Positions 13,414 through 23,221 of a DNA stretch of 30,360 nt are shown here, piece after piece. How positions within the stretch are numbered: position 1 is the stretch's first letter; every line of letters begins with the position of its first letter. The stretch is taken from contig BAAFSQ010000106.1 of assembly GCA_054661495.1 (NCBI GenBank), positions 1 through 30,360 on the forward strand. Direction: 5' to 3'. Below the pieces are notes generated by a model. The model worked only from the letters and a program-made list of their open reading frames with translations, searched no databases and was not told the origin of the DNA. The translations under genes were made by a program, and so were the position numbers. Origin of the DNA: Zygophlyctis sp. KS116 (taxonomy: Eukaryota > Fungi > Chytridiomycota).

Positions 13414-15295
13414 TTAAAATTCAATCGTCCCATCCAAATGTGCAATCAGATCACCATTCATTGCATATGCTGATATTCTGACTGAAATATCTTTTATGTC
13501 CTTAATAGGAAGAGAAACGCGGTACTTTGATAGTAATGATGTCCCAACCCAATTAGTATTGATGTACAATTCATAAAATCTTGCATCGCTAGGAATCCAA
13601 GACAATACAAAAGAATACTGTTCACTTGCTTCATTATAGATTTTTTCTGAAACTGTAATTGATATGTTTTCATGTCGAATTAATTTAGATTTAGTTTTTC
13701 CTGATGAGATTCTAAACATTCCAATTCTTAATAAATCACAACTAGTATAATTTTGATCAAATACATAAAGACCCACAACCTTTAATTTCTTTGAACCTTC
13801 ATTTTCAATCATCAGCTCTATATTTGTCCAGGATTCGTTGACTATATTTTCTTGATCGTGGAAAACAGATAATTCTATGCCGTTTTGATTTTGAATGATA
13901 TAAAATAATCCTACTCTTATATCGCCAGATTTAGAATATTTGGCTAAAAAGTCAATGCATAGTCCATTTTCCATGCTTATATCAGTATTAAACAATAGAT
14001 AAACTAACTGCCCAACATCACCCCTCTTAATGTCTGGTTGATCCAAACTAATTTGAATACATGAACCACCATGAAATGAATCATCACAGCTTATTTGGCA
14101 ACATGGTTTGAAAAAATTTAAAAGTAAATCGGATCTTCCTAAATGTGACCAAGAAGAATCGGACACTACCTAAAATCTAAAAAAAATTAAACTTACAAGC
14201 CCATTAATAAAATATTTAGATCCATATCCAACATTGAAAAAAGTATTAAAGAAATTACTTATTGGTCTTGCGTCCAAGTACTCACTGATACAACCCAAAT
14301 CATTCAAATCGGGCCATGTTGAAGGTATCTTGGTGACTTTAGGTAGCACAGGTATTATCAAGGAATTTGTCCAAAGTCTATTCTCATTAATATCAAATGA
14401 TTCCTGTCCCAGAAATTCCCAAGTCCATGCAGGAGCAAAAAAAGCAATTGATGTTTTTGCTTTTTTTATTTCTCTGATTGCCTTATGAACATTAAATCCA
14501 CCCCCTCCAAATTGTCCTCTACCCCAAAAATCTATACCAGTGAAAACATCTTTAGCCCTGTCTCCAGCTAGAGATGCACTTTCGGACGGAAACGTACTTT
14601 TCCATGTATAATTAGTAAAAATACCATCTACTACATCAAAAAAAGGCTAATATAAATAATCTTAATCCTACCTTGTTTTTCAAAGTCAATTTATCCTGCC
14701 AATCCACTTCTCCTTGAATAGTAAGAGCATCATACCAAATAATTTTTGATCCTGGCTTCTTTTGATGCATTCTTCTTGTTAAATAGTCCAAAAATTCTAT
14801 CAAATTAGGAATGTAAATTTGAGGCATTGTAGACTCTAAATTCAAAAACCATCCATCAAAATTATAATATACAGCCATTTCTACCAAGATATCAGCGTAT
14901 TTCCTAGAAAAACCAGTAGTGTTTTTTAAATTCCCAAAGACCATTAGTAAATTCTCTAATTGCCCATGTAATCCTTCTGTAATAACAGTCCCTAAAACCA
15001 ATACATTATTCATATGAGCAGCACTTATCCATCCAACTGGTGGAATAGTAATTGTATGATGAGAAAAATATATAAATATGTCTATAAAACTCCAATATTT
15101 AGAGAGAGTATACACAAGATTATTCTTAGATCCTTGAACAGATGCATCTTCCTGATAACCATTCTTGTAGTCGTGACAAAATACAACTTTTAAATCTCTC
15201 TCTGTACAAACTAGAGGTATTTTGCATTGATTAAATTCATCATTAGCCTTCCATTCATCAAGTTCCAAAAAGGAATAATACGGACGACAAGTCAT
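13414..15295 (-). CDS. ENGASE: cytosolic endo-beta-N-acetylglucosaminidase (GH85), about 609 aa
   Basis: FCHDYKNGY, FIYFSHH, catalytic FDGWFLNLE (NxE), WYDA, DGIFTNYTW, GIDFWGRG and FAPAWTWE motifs. Two introns (25 and 27 nt). Confidence 0.93.
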
Positions 15296-15317
15296 TATAA
15301 TATCTAAAATCTAAAAT

Positions 15318-16130
15318 TTATTGTCCAATTACTATGCGATCATACCATTTCAACAAATCTGGATTCTGAGGTAAAATCCTTTTAAAATCTTGTATCCTAA
15401 AGTTTGCTCCGTAAATCTCTAAATCATATGGTACTTCTGGCGCCCCTGGACCTCTATTAACTTGAATTGTAGGAAATATTCCTGGATAAACAGACTGAAT
15501 CTGAGCTCCAATATCTACTTGATAAATATCATAATCTAGTAAAAATCTCGAATCAGAACTTGAACATTCCTTGTTTGATAATTTTAAATCTTGTAAAAAT
15601 TCCAATTGAATCCCTCCAAAACAAAAACATTCTCTAGGACAATCATTCCCATTCCCAAATTCTACATTTGGACATTCTGATTCATCTCCCCATAAATTAT
15701 GAGGTTGAAAGACTCCAAAAGGCCTATTATTAGGAAATATACGCAATAGTTTAAGAGTAATCCAAACTCTTAAAACATTGAAATCTACAATTGCATTACT
15801 AGGAGATTGCATCGGAAAAACCGAATAAAGTTGATCATAAAAATCATCATTTGTACTATAATGCTTACATGAGTATTGAGTGCCAAGAGAATGAGACTTT
15901 TTTTTAAAAGATAATTGAAAAGAATAAGAAAGAATTCTTTCAGTATTATATAGAGAATACCAAGCCACCATTTCCGGTCCTGATCTAAAATATAATCTCA
16001 AATAATTGTCAATCACATCCCGTACTTTACAATTCACTCGCCGTAATTTAAACAATTGAACTAGAGTCAGATGGTTCATCCACAAGTAATGAATATCGGT
16101 TGGAAGATTTAGTATAGTAATTCTTGCCAT
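15318..16130 (-). CDS. F-box-like protein, about 270 aa; 3' end ambiguous (possible terminal intron)
   Basis: N-terminal ILNLPTDIHYLWMNHLTLVQLFKLRRVNCKVRDVI fits the F-box consensus (LP.EI...I...L....L..L..V.K). The C-terminal domain is not recognised. Confidence 0.65.
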   Translation of the reverse strand: MARITILNLPTDIHYLWMNHLTLVQLFKLRRVNCKVRDVIDNYLRLYFRSGPEMVAWYSLYNTERILSYSFQLSFKKKSHSLGTQYSCKHYSTNDDFYDQLYSVFPMQSPSNAIVDFNVLRVWITLKLLRIFPNNRPFGVFQPHNLWGDESECPNVEFGNGNDCPRECFCFGGIQLEFLQDLKLSNKECSSSDSRFLLDYDIYQVDIGAQIQSVYPGIFPTIQVNRGPGAPEVPYDLEIYGANFRIQDFKRILPQNPDLLKWYDRIVIGQ

Positions 16131-16305
16131 TTATCTATTCTGGATCTCTGGATCTCTGGTAGGTTCGATTTTTTTTTCCACAATTTGGGGACTAGAAAAC
16201 AATTAAATTTTAAATGCTTGGAACCCAAATAATGGTTAAATCTTTTCTATTAAACTCTACATTTCTTAAAATAAAAATATTTTTTAAAATTTATTATTTC
16301 AATAA

Positions 16306-16866
16306 TTATTTCAATACAAACACTGGACATGCCACTGTATTTAGAATGTGATGTGGAATAGACTGATTCCAAAACCTAAAATTACTTTTAAGTCCAAGAA
16401 ATACCATCCTGTAATGTTTAATTTTGAACTCCATCCAGTCATTATTAAATCTGGATTTAAATTTGAAATCATATCTTTAATAAAAATAAATAAAATTACT
16501 TGAAATAACAGTCTTTGGGTCTCCAGACATGATTTTAACATCAATTTTAAGAGAATGAGGAATAGAATTTACAATTTTTTGAATTTCTGTTAATGCCTTT
16601 CTTTTAGTTGAAGAAAATACCATGTCTTCATCTCCCATTGGTTCTAATACTCTTCCTAAAAGTAAATCTGTAGACACTGGTAGTTTAACAATACATAAAA
16701 TAGTAATAAAGTCTTGTTGTTTTCCATTTTTAATAGCATATTTAATCAAGTTTTCAGATTTTATAGAGTCATTTTTAACTAGTACTAGAGTATGACATTT
16801 CTCTTGGTCATAAAGGGATAGATTCCATGATGATAGTCGTCTCTTTAGAAATGTGTCAGCAAGCAT
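16306..16866 (-). CDS. universal stress protein (USP) domain protein, about 168 aa
   Basis: GDPKTVIS...LNPDLIMTG, and after a second intron NQSIPHHILNTVACPVFVLK*, the USP C-terminal motif. Two introns (25 and 29 nt). Confidence 0.8.
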
Positions 16867-16897
16867 TAAAACGGAATTAAAGATTTATTAAAAACAA

Positions 16898-17100
16898 TTA
16901 TTGGTTTTTCAATTTCTAGAATTAGAATATGTAATTACAGTTTTTGGTCTTCCTTCAATCAAGAGAATAAGAATTCCACCAATAATTGGAATTAAGAAAA
17001 ATATAATCAGACACCAGACTGTTATTTTTGCAACTGGATGATCAGATGATACAAGATCTTTAAGAATTCCATAGAGTTCAATTGGAGTTGCTGATCTCAT
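16898..17100 (-). CDS. small single-pass membrane protein, about 59 aa, with a putative KxKxx ER-retrieval tail
   Basis: Hydrophobic stretch ITVWCLIIFFLIPIIGGILILLI. A 23-nt GT-AG intron with a CTAAT branch-like motif (gtaattacatattctaattctag) would give the ending GRPKTKLKNQ*. Unspliced, it is the 63-aa ORF ending at 16909. Confidence 0.55.
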
Positions 17101-17199
17101 TTTACTAAATATTTTACAAGTCTTTTCAATAAGAATCTAGCAAGCGTAGAAGCAATGTAGGAATCCAAGTTTTAGTCGTGGGTTTATAGCGACCAAAGG

Positions 17200-18147
17200 A
17201 TGCAAGTAAATGATCTGTTAATGGTTTATATCCATGGATTTCTAGGCTCAATAGACTCTTTTCAAAGCTTTCCTAAAGATCTATCAGACTATTTAGAAAT
17301 TAATAATTCTTTTTCTATTTATCCTACATTTGATACAAAGGGATGTAATACAAGAGCAGTACATGCATTAGTAGACTGGTTATTGATTCATGCTACTACT
17401 TTTAAAGCTAAAAATGTAATTTTAATAGGACATTCAATGGGAGGAATATTGGCTGTTGATGCATTTAATTATTTACAGGATTTAGATTGTAAAAATTTAA
17501 TTCATATAATTGGAATACTTACTGTTGATTCTCCATTTTATGGATTATCTAATCATATTTCTAAATCTTCAATTACAAATTTAAAAGAAGCAGTAACACA
17601 AATTCAACCACAAGATTTAATTCCAGAGTCTATTCATGTTCCTATTTCTAATGAAATTTCAGTTCCTGTAAGTACATCATGGATTTCTAGTGATAGTAAA
17701 TGGTCATATGCAAAATATGCAATTGCAGGAACAGCAGCTGTAGCTTCAGTCATGTCATTTTCTACTTTTGGAATTGGTGGTTTAATGTATTTGGGAAAAA
17801 AGGCAGATCAAGTTTCAGAACATTTAAGGTTTTTATTTCCTCTTGCATGCTCTAAAAAAGAAATGCATTCAAGAGTTTTAGGAATCATTCAAAAACATGA
17901 ATTAAAATCTGTATTTTTTCATGGATTTTATCTTGAAATTCAAGATCAGGATCAAAAAAGACATTTTTGTTCTTTACCTCTAGATTTTCCTGAATCTAGA
18001 CAATACTTTACTCCAATTTCTTCAAATTTAAAAGATGAAATTCAAGGACATATGTATATATTTTCCAATAGGAATAACTCTGATGAATACTATAATCTAT
18101 TGAAAATTACAAGTGATTATATACAAGAAACCTTGAAAATCATCTAA
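17200..18147 (+). CDS. alpha/beta hydrolase (DUF676/lipase-like serine hydrolase)
   Basis: YIHGFLGS oxyanion region, nucleophile elbow GHSMGG and DSPFYG motif. Intronless. Confidence 0.82.
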   Translation: MQVNDLLMVYIHGFLGSIDSFQSFPKDLSDYLEINNSFSIYPTFDTKGCNTRAVHALVDWLLIHATTFKAKNVILIGHSMGGILAVDAFNYLQDLDCKNLIHIIGILTVDSPFYGLSNHISKSSITNLKEAVTQIQPQDLIPESIHVPISNEISVPVSTSWISSDSKWSYAKYAIAGTAAVASVMSFSTFGIGGLMYLGKKADQVSEHLRFLFPLACSKKEMHSRVLGIIQKHELKSVFFHGFYLEIQDQDQKRHFCSLPLDFPESRQYFTPISSNLKDEIQGHMYIFSNRNNSDEYYNLLKITSDYIQETLKII

Positions 18148-18697
18148 ATTCAAAAGCGCTAAAATGTTGTTGAGGAACATGTTTTAGACTTAGTTGTTGA
18201 AACATTTCACTATTAGAATGATAATACAGACCTGAAATTTGTCCTGTAGATTTTTGAAACACAATATAATAAAAACCAGCAAAAGACGCTCCAGAAATAT
18301 TCTTAATTTTATGATCAGGAACTAAAAACCGTTCTTTCCATCTCATAAATATAAAATCTTGATTTTCTGAATCATAGACTTGCTCTTCATTTTCTAAAAA
18401 GTGAGAGAAATTCTGAAATTGAGGAAATTTAGTCCAATGTTGTTTATCAATTAAATAATCAGCCTCCCATTTTCTAGTATGAAAAGAGTACTTTTGTCCA
18501 ATAATTTCAGCTTCAAAGAATGTAGATAAATTTGGCCAATCACAAGTCAGGCCTTTAATAGTCAAATAACCACATAAACTAGACTCTGCAAAATCCACAT
18601 GTTGGACTTGTACAATGACATCATAAGTACTGTTCCCAGACTTTTGAAATCCCTCAAAGACTGAGCCAGGAAATAAACAAGAAGAAAACGATGGCAT
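18140..18697 (-). CDS. GID4: GID/CTLH E3 ligase substrate receptor Gid4/Vid24
   Basis: LFPGSVFEGFQKS, LCGYLTIKGLT, TFFEAEII, FMRWKERFLVPDH, ISGASFAGFYYI and GLYYH...FQQLSL motifs. First ATG at 18697 (the track used an upstream TTG). Confidence 0.92.
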   Translation of the reverse strand: MPSFSSCLFPGSVFEGFQKSGNSTYDVIVQVQHVDFAESSLCGYLTIKGLTCDWPNLSTFFEAEIIGQKYSFHTRKWEADYLIDKQHWTKFPQFQNFSHFLENEEQVYDSENQDFIFMRWKERFLVPDHKIKNISGASFAGFYYIVFQKSTGQISGLYYHSNSEMFQQLSLKHVPQQHFSAFEFR

Positions 18698-18762
18698 CTC
18701 TTTGAATTTAATTTGTCTTTGGCGGATATTTGACAGATACAAAAATATTGTAATTTATTAAG

Positions 18763-19047
18763 TTACAATTGGGCAATATTCTCCAATTGTACAATTCTAG
18801 ACTGTAATTCTCTAGTTCTAGAATCAATAGAATAATTTTCATTTTGAGAGATTGCCAATAGCTGAGATATAATAGAGTTTTCTCTTGATAAATAATCTAC
18901 TTTTGATTGTAATTCCTTTATTCTTTTTTTTTTATTTTCTCTTGATTTTGCAACTGCCAACCGGTTTCTTGTTTGAGATTGTCCGATTTTATTTTCTGTC
19001 TTTATAGGAATTTCAGAATTGTCAGAATTGTCAGAATTGTCAGTCAT
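18763..19047 (-). CDS. small bZIP transcription factor, 94 aa
   Basis: Basic region RNRLAVAKSRENKKKR followed by a leucine heptad (LQSKVDYLSRENSII...). Confidence 0.8.
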   Translation of the reverse strand: MTDNSDNSDNSEIPIKTENKIGQSQTRNRLAVAKSRENKKKRIKELQSKVDYLSRENSIISQLLAISQNENYSIDSRTRELQSRIVQLENIAQL

Positions 19048-19357
19048 TTACTAAAAATAGCAGATTTTTCAGTTTTAACGATTTTTCATTTTCTGAGTCA
19101 TGATTTGTAAAGTCGATTTGGATGACTAAATCTTGTCAGTGCAAGAAAACAGGAAATTTTTCAAGTTTCGGACACTCTCGATCTCTCATCTTTATCTATA
19201 AATTACTATAGCTAAATATAAATCTAAATATAAATCTAAATTATGTATTGGTTTTATAGAGTTTAAATATGGGATCAAAGAATCAAAGAATCAAAGAATC
19301 ACAGAATTTGTGAGATTTTTGAATTGTCCGAATCGCGAATACTAAAGATTGGACGTG

Positions 19358-21561
19358 ATGAGTCAAGTAATTGGTTTTATTTAATATATAGAGTGTTTCG
19401 GCTAAAAGACTTTTAAGGCCTCCTACTAAAATAACAGCTTCTAAAGTTGCTGTAAAGGATGCACAAGAAAATGTAAAGAATTTAAAAAGGAAAGCTGGCG
19501 AAAGTTCAGGTCCGAATTTGGTTTCTGGAACTAAAAATAAAACTCTAAAAACCGGTTCGGTTCTTGTCAAATCTAATCTTAATAAACCTCGAACAATTGT
19601 AAATCAGACTAAAGATGTCGAGGCTGAAACAAGTCAACAGCCTTTGAAAAAGAAAAAGAGAGCGGCATGGGATGTAAAAGGTCGGTTACAGGATTTGGAA
19701 GATTGTCATCAGAAAACAGAGTCAAGGCTTGTTTCATCAAATGATATGATTGATTCACTAACAAATAAATTGACTACAAGTCAATCAACAAGTATTTTAG
19801 TTTTATTGTAAAATGTTTATAGTTGATGAATTAATGCAGTTCAAGTTCAAATTAGAAAATGATGTTCAAGAGAAAAGTATCGAAAACTCTACAATGGAAA
19901 AAGAATTGGAAACACTAAAGCTTGAATTAAATGTAAACTTGTAAATTAATCTCTAGAGATTAGAAATTACTCAAAAGGAAAAAATTTTAGATTTGGAAAA
20001 TGGTTATTCAAGTCAGATCCAGGATTTGATGCGAGAAAAGGAATCTTTGTCAAAGTTGAGAGATTCTTTAGAAAGGGATTTGGATGCATCGCGCTCTCAA
20101 AATGAAGATTTAAAGGTAAAAAATGATATTTTAATATCAGACATGTATTTCTTCTCAATCTGCAACATCAATTGTTCTGGAAAGTCAAATAAAACTGCTC
20201 AAAGTCCAATTAGATCAGGCACAGGAAAAGTCGGCACAAGATATGAATCAAATACTTCAACTCAAGAATCAGTGTGAAGCTGCTTATACAGAATCACAAA
20301 TGTTAAAAGAAAAATTACAGGCTGAAGAAGTAACAAGGCGTCAATTACATAATACAATTCAAGAATTAAAGGGTAATATACGAGTATTTTGTAGAGTACG
20401 GCCTGTATTGGATGGAGAATGTGACGAAACTAATCAGGATTTGAGCCATATTCAATATCCTGATGATGATTATAATTCAGTTGTTTTTAAGCAGCAATCA
20501 GAGTCTGCATCTGGAAACATATCAACTAAAGATTTTCCATTTTCTTTCGACAAGGTGATCAATGCAGTCTTTAAAACGTAGGTGTTTCAACCAAATTCTT
20601 GCCAAAAAGATGTTTTTGAAGATATATCACAGCTGGTTCAATCCGCTCTCGATGGCTATAACGTATTATCGAAGATTCTAAAATATTAGGTTTGTATATT
20701 TGCATATGGACAAACAGGAAGTGGTAAAACATTTACGTAATTATGGATCACTTAAATCTTTAGTATGGAAGGCCCAGATCCGGTAGAGTTGACGGATGAA
20801 AATATGGGCATGATTCCCCGTGCCGTTAATCAAATTTATCTATCAGCAGAAAAGTTGAAGGAAAAAGGATGGTCATTTTTAATTGAGGGACAGTATTTGG
20901 AGATTTATAATGAAACTATCCGAGATTTAATTGGTACCCATGATCCTTCAAAAAAATACGAAATCAAGCATTCTCAAGGGAAAACAAGCGTTACAGATCT
21001 TACAAAAGGTATAAAGGTTTATTTAATTTATGTAGTTACTTTTGATTCACCAGATCAAGTCCAAAAAGTGCTCAAAAAAGCATCTGAAAATCGTGCAGTT
21101 GCTAGCACTAATTGCAATGAACGCTCTAGCAGAAGTCATAGCGTTTTTACATTGAAAATAACTGGCAAGAATTCCGTGACAGAGGAATCGCTGGAAGGAA
21201 TTTTGAATCTGATTGACTTGGCAGGCTCTGAACGACTTTCAAGCTCCGGTTCAACTGGAGATCGACTAAAGGAAACTCAGGCTATCAACAAAAGCCTGAG
21301 CTCACTGGCAGACGTCATTATATCTCTTTCTAATAAGGATGCCCATATTCCTTATCGGAACTCAAAGTTGACTTATCTCTTACAAAACTCGCTAGGTAAA
21401 ATTATCATTAGCTTACGTCATTAGGCGGTAATAGCAAAACACTCATGTTTGTAAATATTTCCCCAATATACAAGAACATTCAAGAAAGTTTGTGTTCTTT
21501 GCGGTTCGCAACCAAGGTTAATGCGTGTCAGATAGGAACTGCAAAAAGGGCTATTAAGTGA
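19358..21561 (+). CDS. KAR3: kinesin-14, C-terminal motor (Kar3/KlpA-like), 10 exons, about 653 aa
   Basis: Basic tail, coiled coil, [23 protein letters not shown] neck, P-loop [36 protein letters not shown] and SLRFATKV motifs. Nine introns of 24-31 nt; 3-codon first exon ATGAGTCAA. Confidence 0.93.
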
Positions 21562-21657
21562 ACTGAGCTCAAATTATGATTGAATTAAAAATTGTATTCA
21601 GATTATGACCCAAAATTAAGATTCCAAAATTAATGAAGAAACTCTGAGGTTACCCAT

Positions 21658-23004
21658 TTAGCACAGAAGAAGGATATATCCAGCAACTAAAGACAGACTC
21701 ATTGAGATGGTTCTGATAGCAGCGCTTTCGTTAAGAATACTAAGATCCTCATCATCTAATTCGTCCTCATCTGTGTGTAAATCAATATCTGGTACTGGGC
21801 CCATTTGAGGAGCTGGAATGACAGGCCGAGGAGGTCCGGGAAGAGGTATATCTTCCTCACAGTCTTCATCCAGTCCAGGAAGAGGAACTGGTGGAGGATG
21901 TGGTCCTATTGGGAAATCCTCTTCACAATCTTCATCAAGTCCAGGTCCAGGAACAGGAACTGGTGGAGGATGTGGTCCTATTGGGAAATCCTCTTCACAG
22001 TCTTCATCAAATCCAGGTCCAGGAACAGGAACTGGTGGAGGTGGTGGTCCTATAGGGAAATCCTCTTCACAGTCTTCATCAAATCCAGGTCCGGGTACTG
22101 GTACTGGTGGAGGTGGTGGTCCTATCGGGAAATCCTCTTCACAGTCTTCATCAAATCCAGGTCCGGGTACTGGTGGTAAGGGGGCACCATATCCATTAGA
22201 AGCGGGAGGCATTATAGGAGGAACATTGATATTTGCAGGTGGGGGCATAATTTCTGGTCCAGGGGAAACAGGGGGAGGAGGAGGGCCATATCCATTTGAA
22301 GGGGGAGGAATCACTTCTGGTCCAGGAGCCAAAGGAGGAGAAAGAGGACCATATCCATTTGAAGGAGGGGGCATTATTTCTGGTCCAGGCACAACAGGTA
22401 CTACAGGAGTTTCAGGACATGGAGTTGGAATAACAACTGGTCCAGGTCCAATAGGCTGAGGAGGTGGAGGAGGCATAACATCTGGTCCAGGAGCCACAGG
22501 CACAACAGGTACTACAGGAGTTTCAGGACACGGAGTTGGAACAACAACTGGTCCAGGTACTACCGGCTGTGGAGGAGGAGGGGGCATTACATCTGGTACG
22601 GGCACAACAGGAGTTTCAGGACATGGAGTTGGAGCATGAACTGGTCCAGGTACAACTGGCAGAGGAGGTGGTGGCATCAACTCTGGTGAAGGTATTACAG
22701 GAACTGGAACAACTGGAGGGAGAGGAGGGCCATATCCATTTGAAGGGGGTGCCACTGCTGGTCCAGGTGCTACAGGGGCAGGAGGAGGAATCGGACCTCC
22801 ACCATTAGCAGGTATTGGATGTGGCACTACTGGGGGCAGAGCAGGTCCATACCCATTTGAAGAAGGGATTTCCCCAATTTTTGAAGAATCCCTAAAAGCC
22901 GACGATGGAGGAGTTAAATCATCATCATTGAAAAGATCTGAAAAGTCATTGGCAGAGACTCCAGCAACTAAAAGCAAACTAAGAGCAACCTTTTTTGCAT
23001 TCAT
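21658..23004 (-). CDS. secreted proline-rich repeat protein with a predicted GPI-anchor signal, 448 aa
   Basis: Signal peptide MNAKKVALSLLLVAGVSA, a Pro/Val/Gly-rich repeat body, and a C-terminal small-residue site (NESAA) followed by the hydrophobic tail ISMSLSLVAGYILLLC. Intronless and GC-rich. Confidence 0.85.
   Translation of the reverse strand: MNAKKVALSLLLVAGVSANDFSDLFNDDDLTPPSSAFRDSSKIGEIPSSNGYGPALPPVVPHPIPANGGGPIPPPAPVAPGPAVAPPSNGYGPPLPPVVPVPVIPSPELMPPPPLPVVPGPVHAPTPCPETPVVPVPDVMPPPPPQPVVPGPVVVPTPCPETPVVPVVPVAPGPDVMPPPPPQPIGPGPVVIPTPCPETPVVPVVPGPEIMPPPSNGYGPLSPPLAPGPEVIPPPSNGYGPPPPPVSPGPEIMPPPANINVPPIMPPASNGYGAPLPPVPGPGFDEDCEEDFPIGPPPPPVPVPGPGFDEDCEEDFPIGPPPPPVPVPGPGFDEDCEEDFPIGPHPPPVPVPGPGLDEDCEEDFPIGPHPPPVPLPGLDEDCEEDIPLPGPPRPVIPAPQMGPVPDIDLHTDEDELDDEDLSILNESAAIRTISMSLSLVAGYILLLC
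21851..22175 (-). repeat. coding tandem repeat, about 72-nt unit (GPGFDEDCEEDFPIGPPPPPVPVP), 4 full copies plus 1 degenerate
   Basis: tcttcatc recurs at 72-nt spacing (about 21929, 22001, 22073 and 22145). DEDCEED occurs 5 times in the protein. Confidence 0.9.
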
Positions 23005-23221
23005 ATTCGTAGATTATAAAAAAAAAGATACCACTATGCAAATTTGCACACACCTTGTGTTTTTGCTTGTTGCATAAATTTTCTCTTGTCAGTCGTATGA
23101 AACGTCACAAAAGCACCAAATTTGCAGGGCCCAGATCAAACAGAGAACTCTTGAGTAGGTCTTTGTAACTCAACAGAAACCAAAGGTATGGCGCAAGTTA
23201 CGATCAGCACCTAAAATTCCG

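Noticed and set aside
19213-19305. Short tandem repeats (aaatataaatct x2, atcaaaga x3-4) and a short ATG ORF upstream of the kinesin
   Set aside because: Low-complexity slippage repeats in a divergent promoter. The ORF stops after 14 codons and has no support.
21851-22175. CRISPR-like regularly spaced repeats
   Set aside because: The units are contiguous, in-frame 72-nt coding repeats without unique spacers, and no cas genes are present.
21805-22808. Plus-strand Gly/Ser-rich and Trp/Arg-rich repeat ORFs
   Set aside because: They are antisense shadows of the Pro-rich repeat gene, which has the signal peptide and GPI tail.
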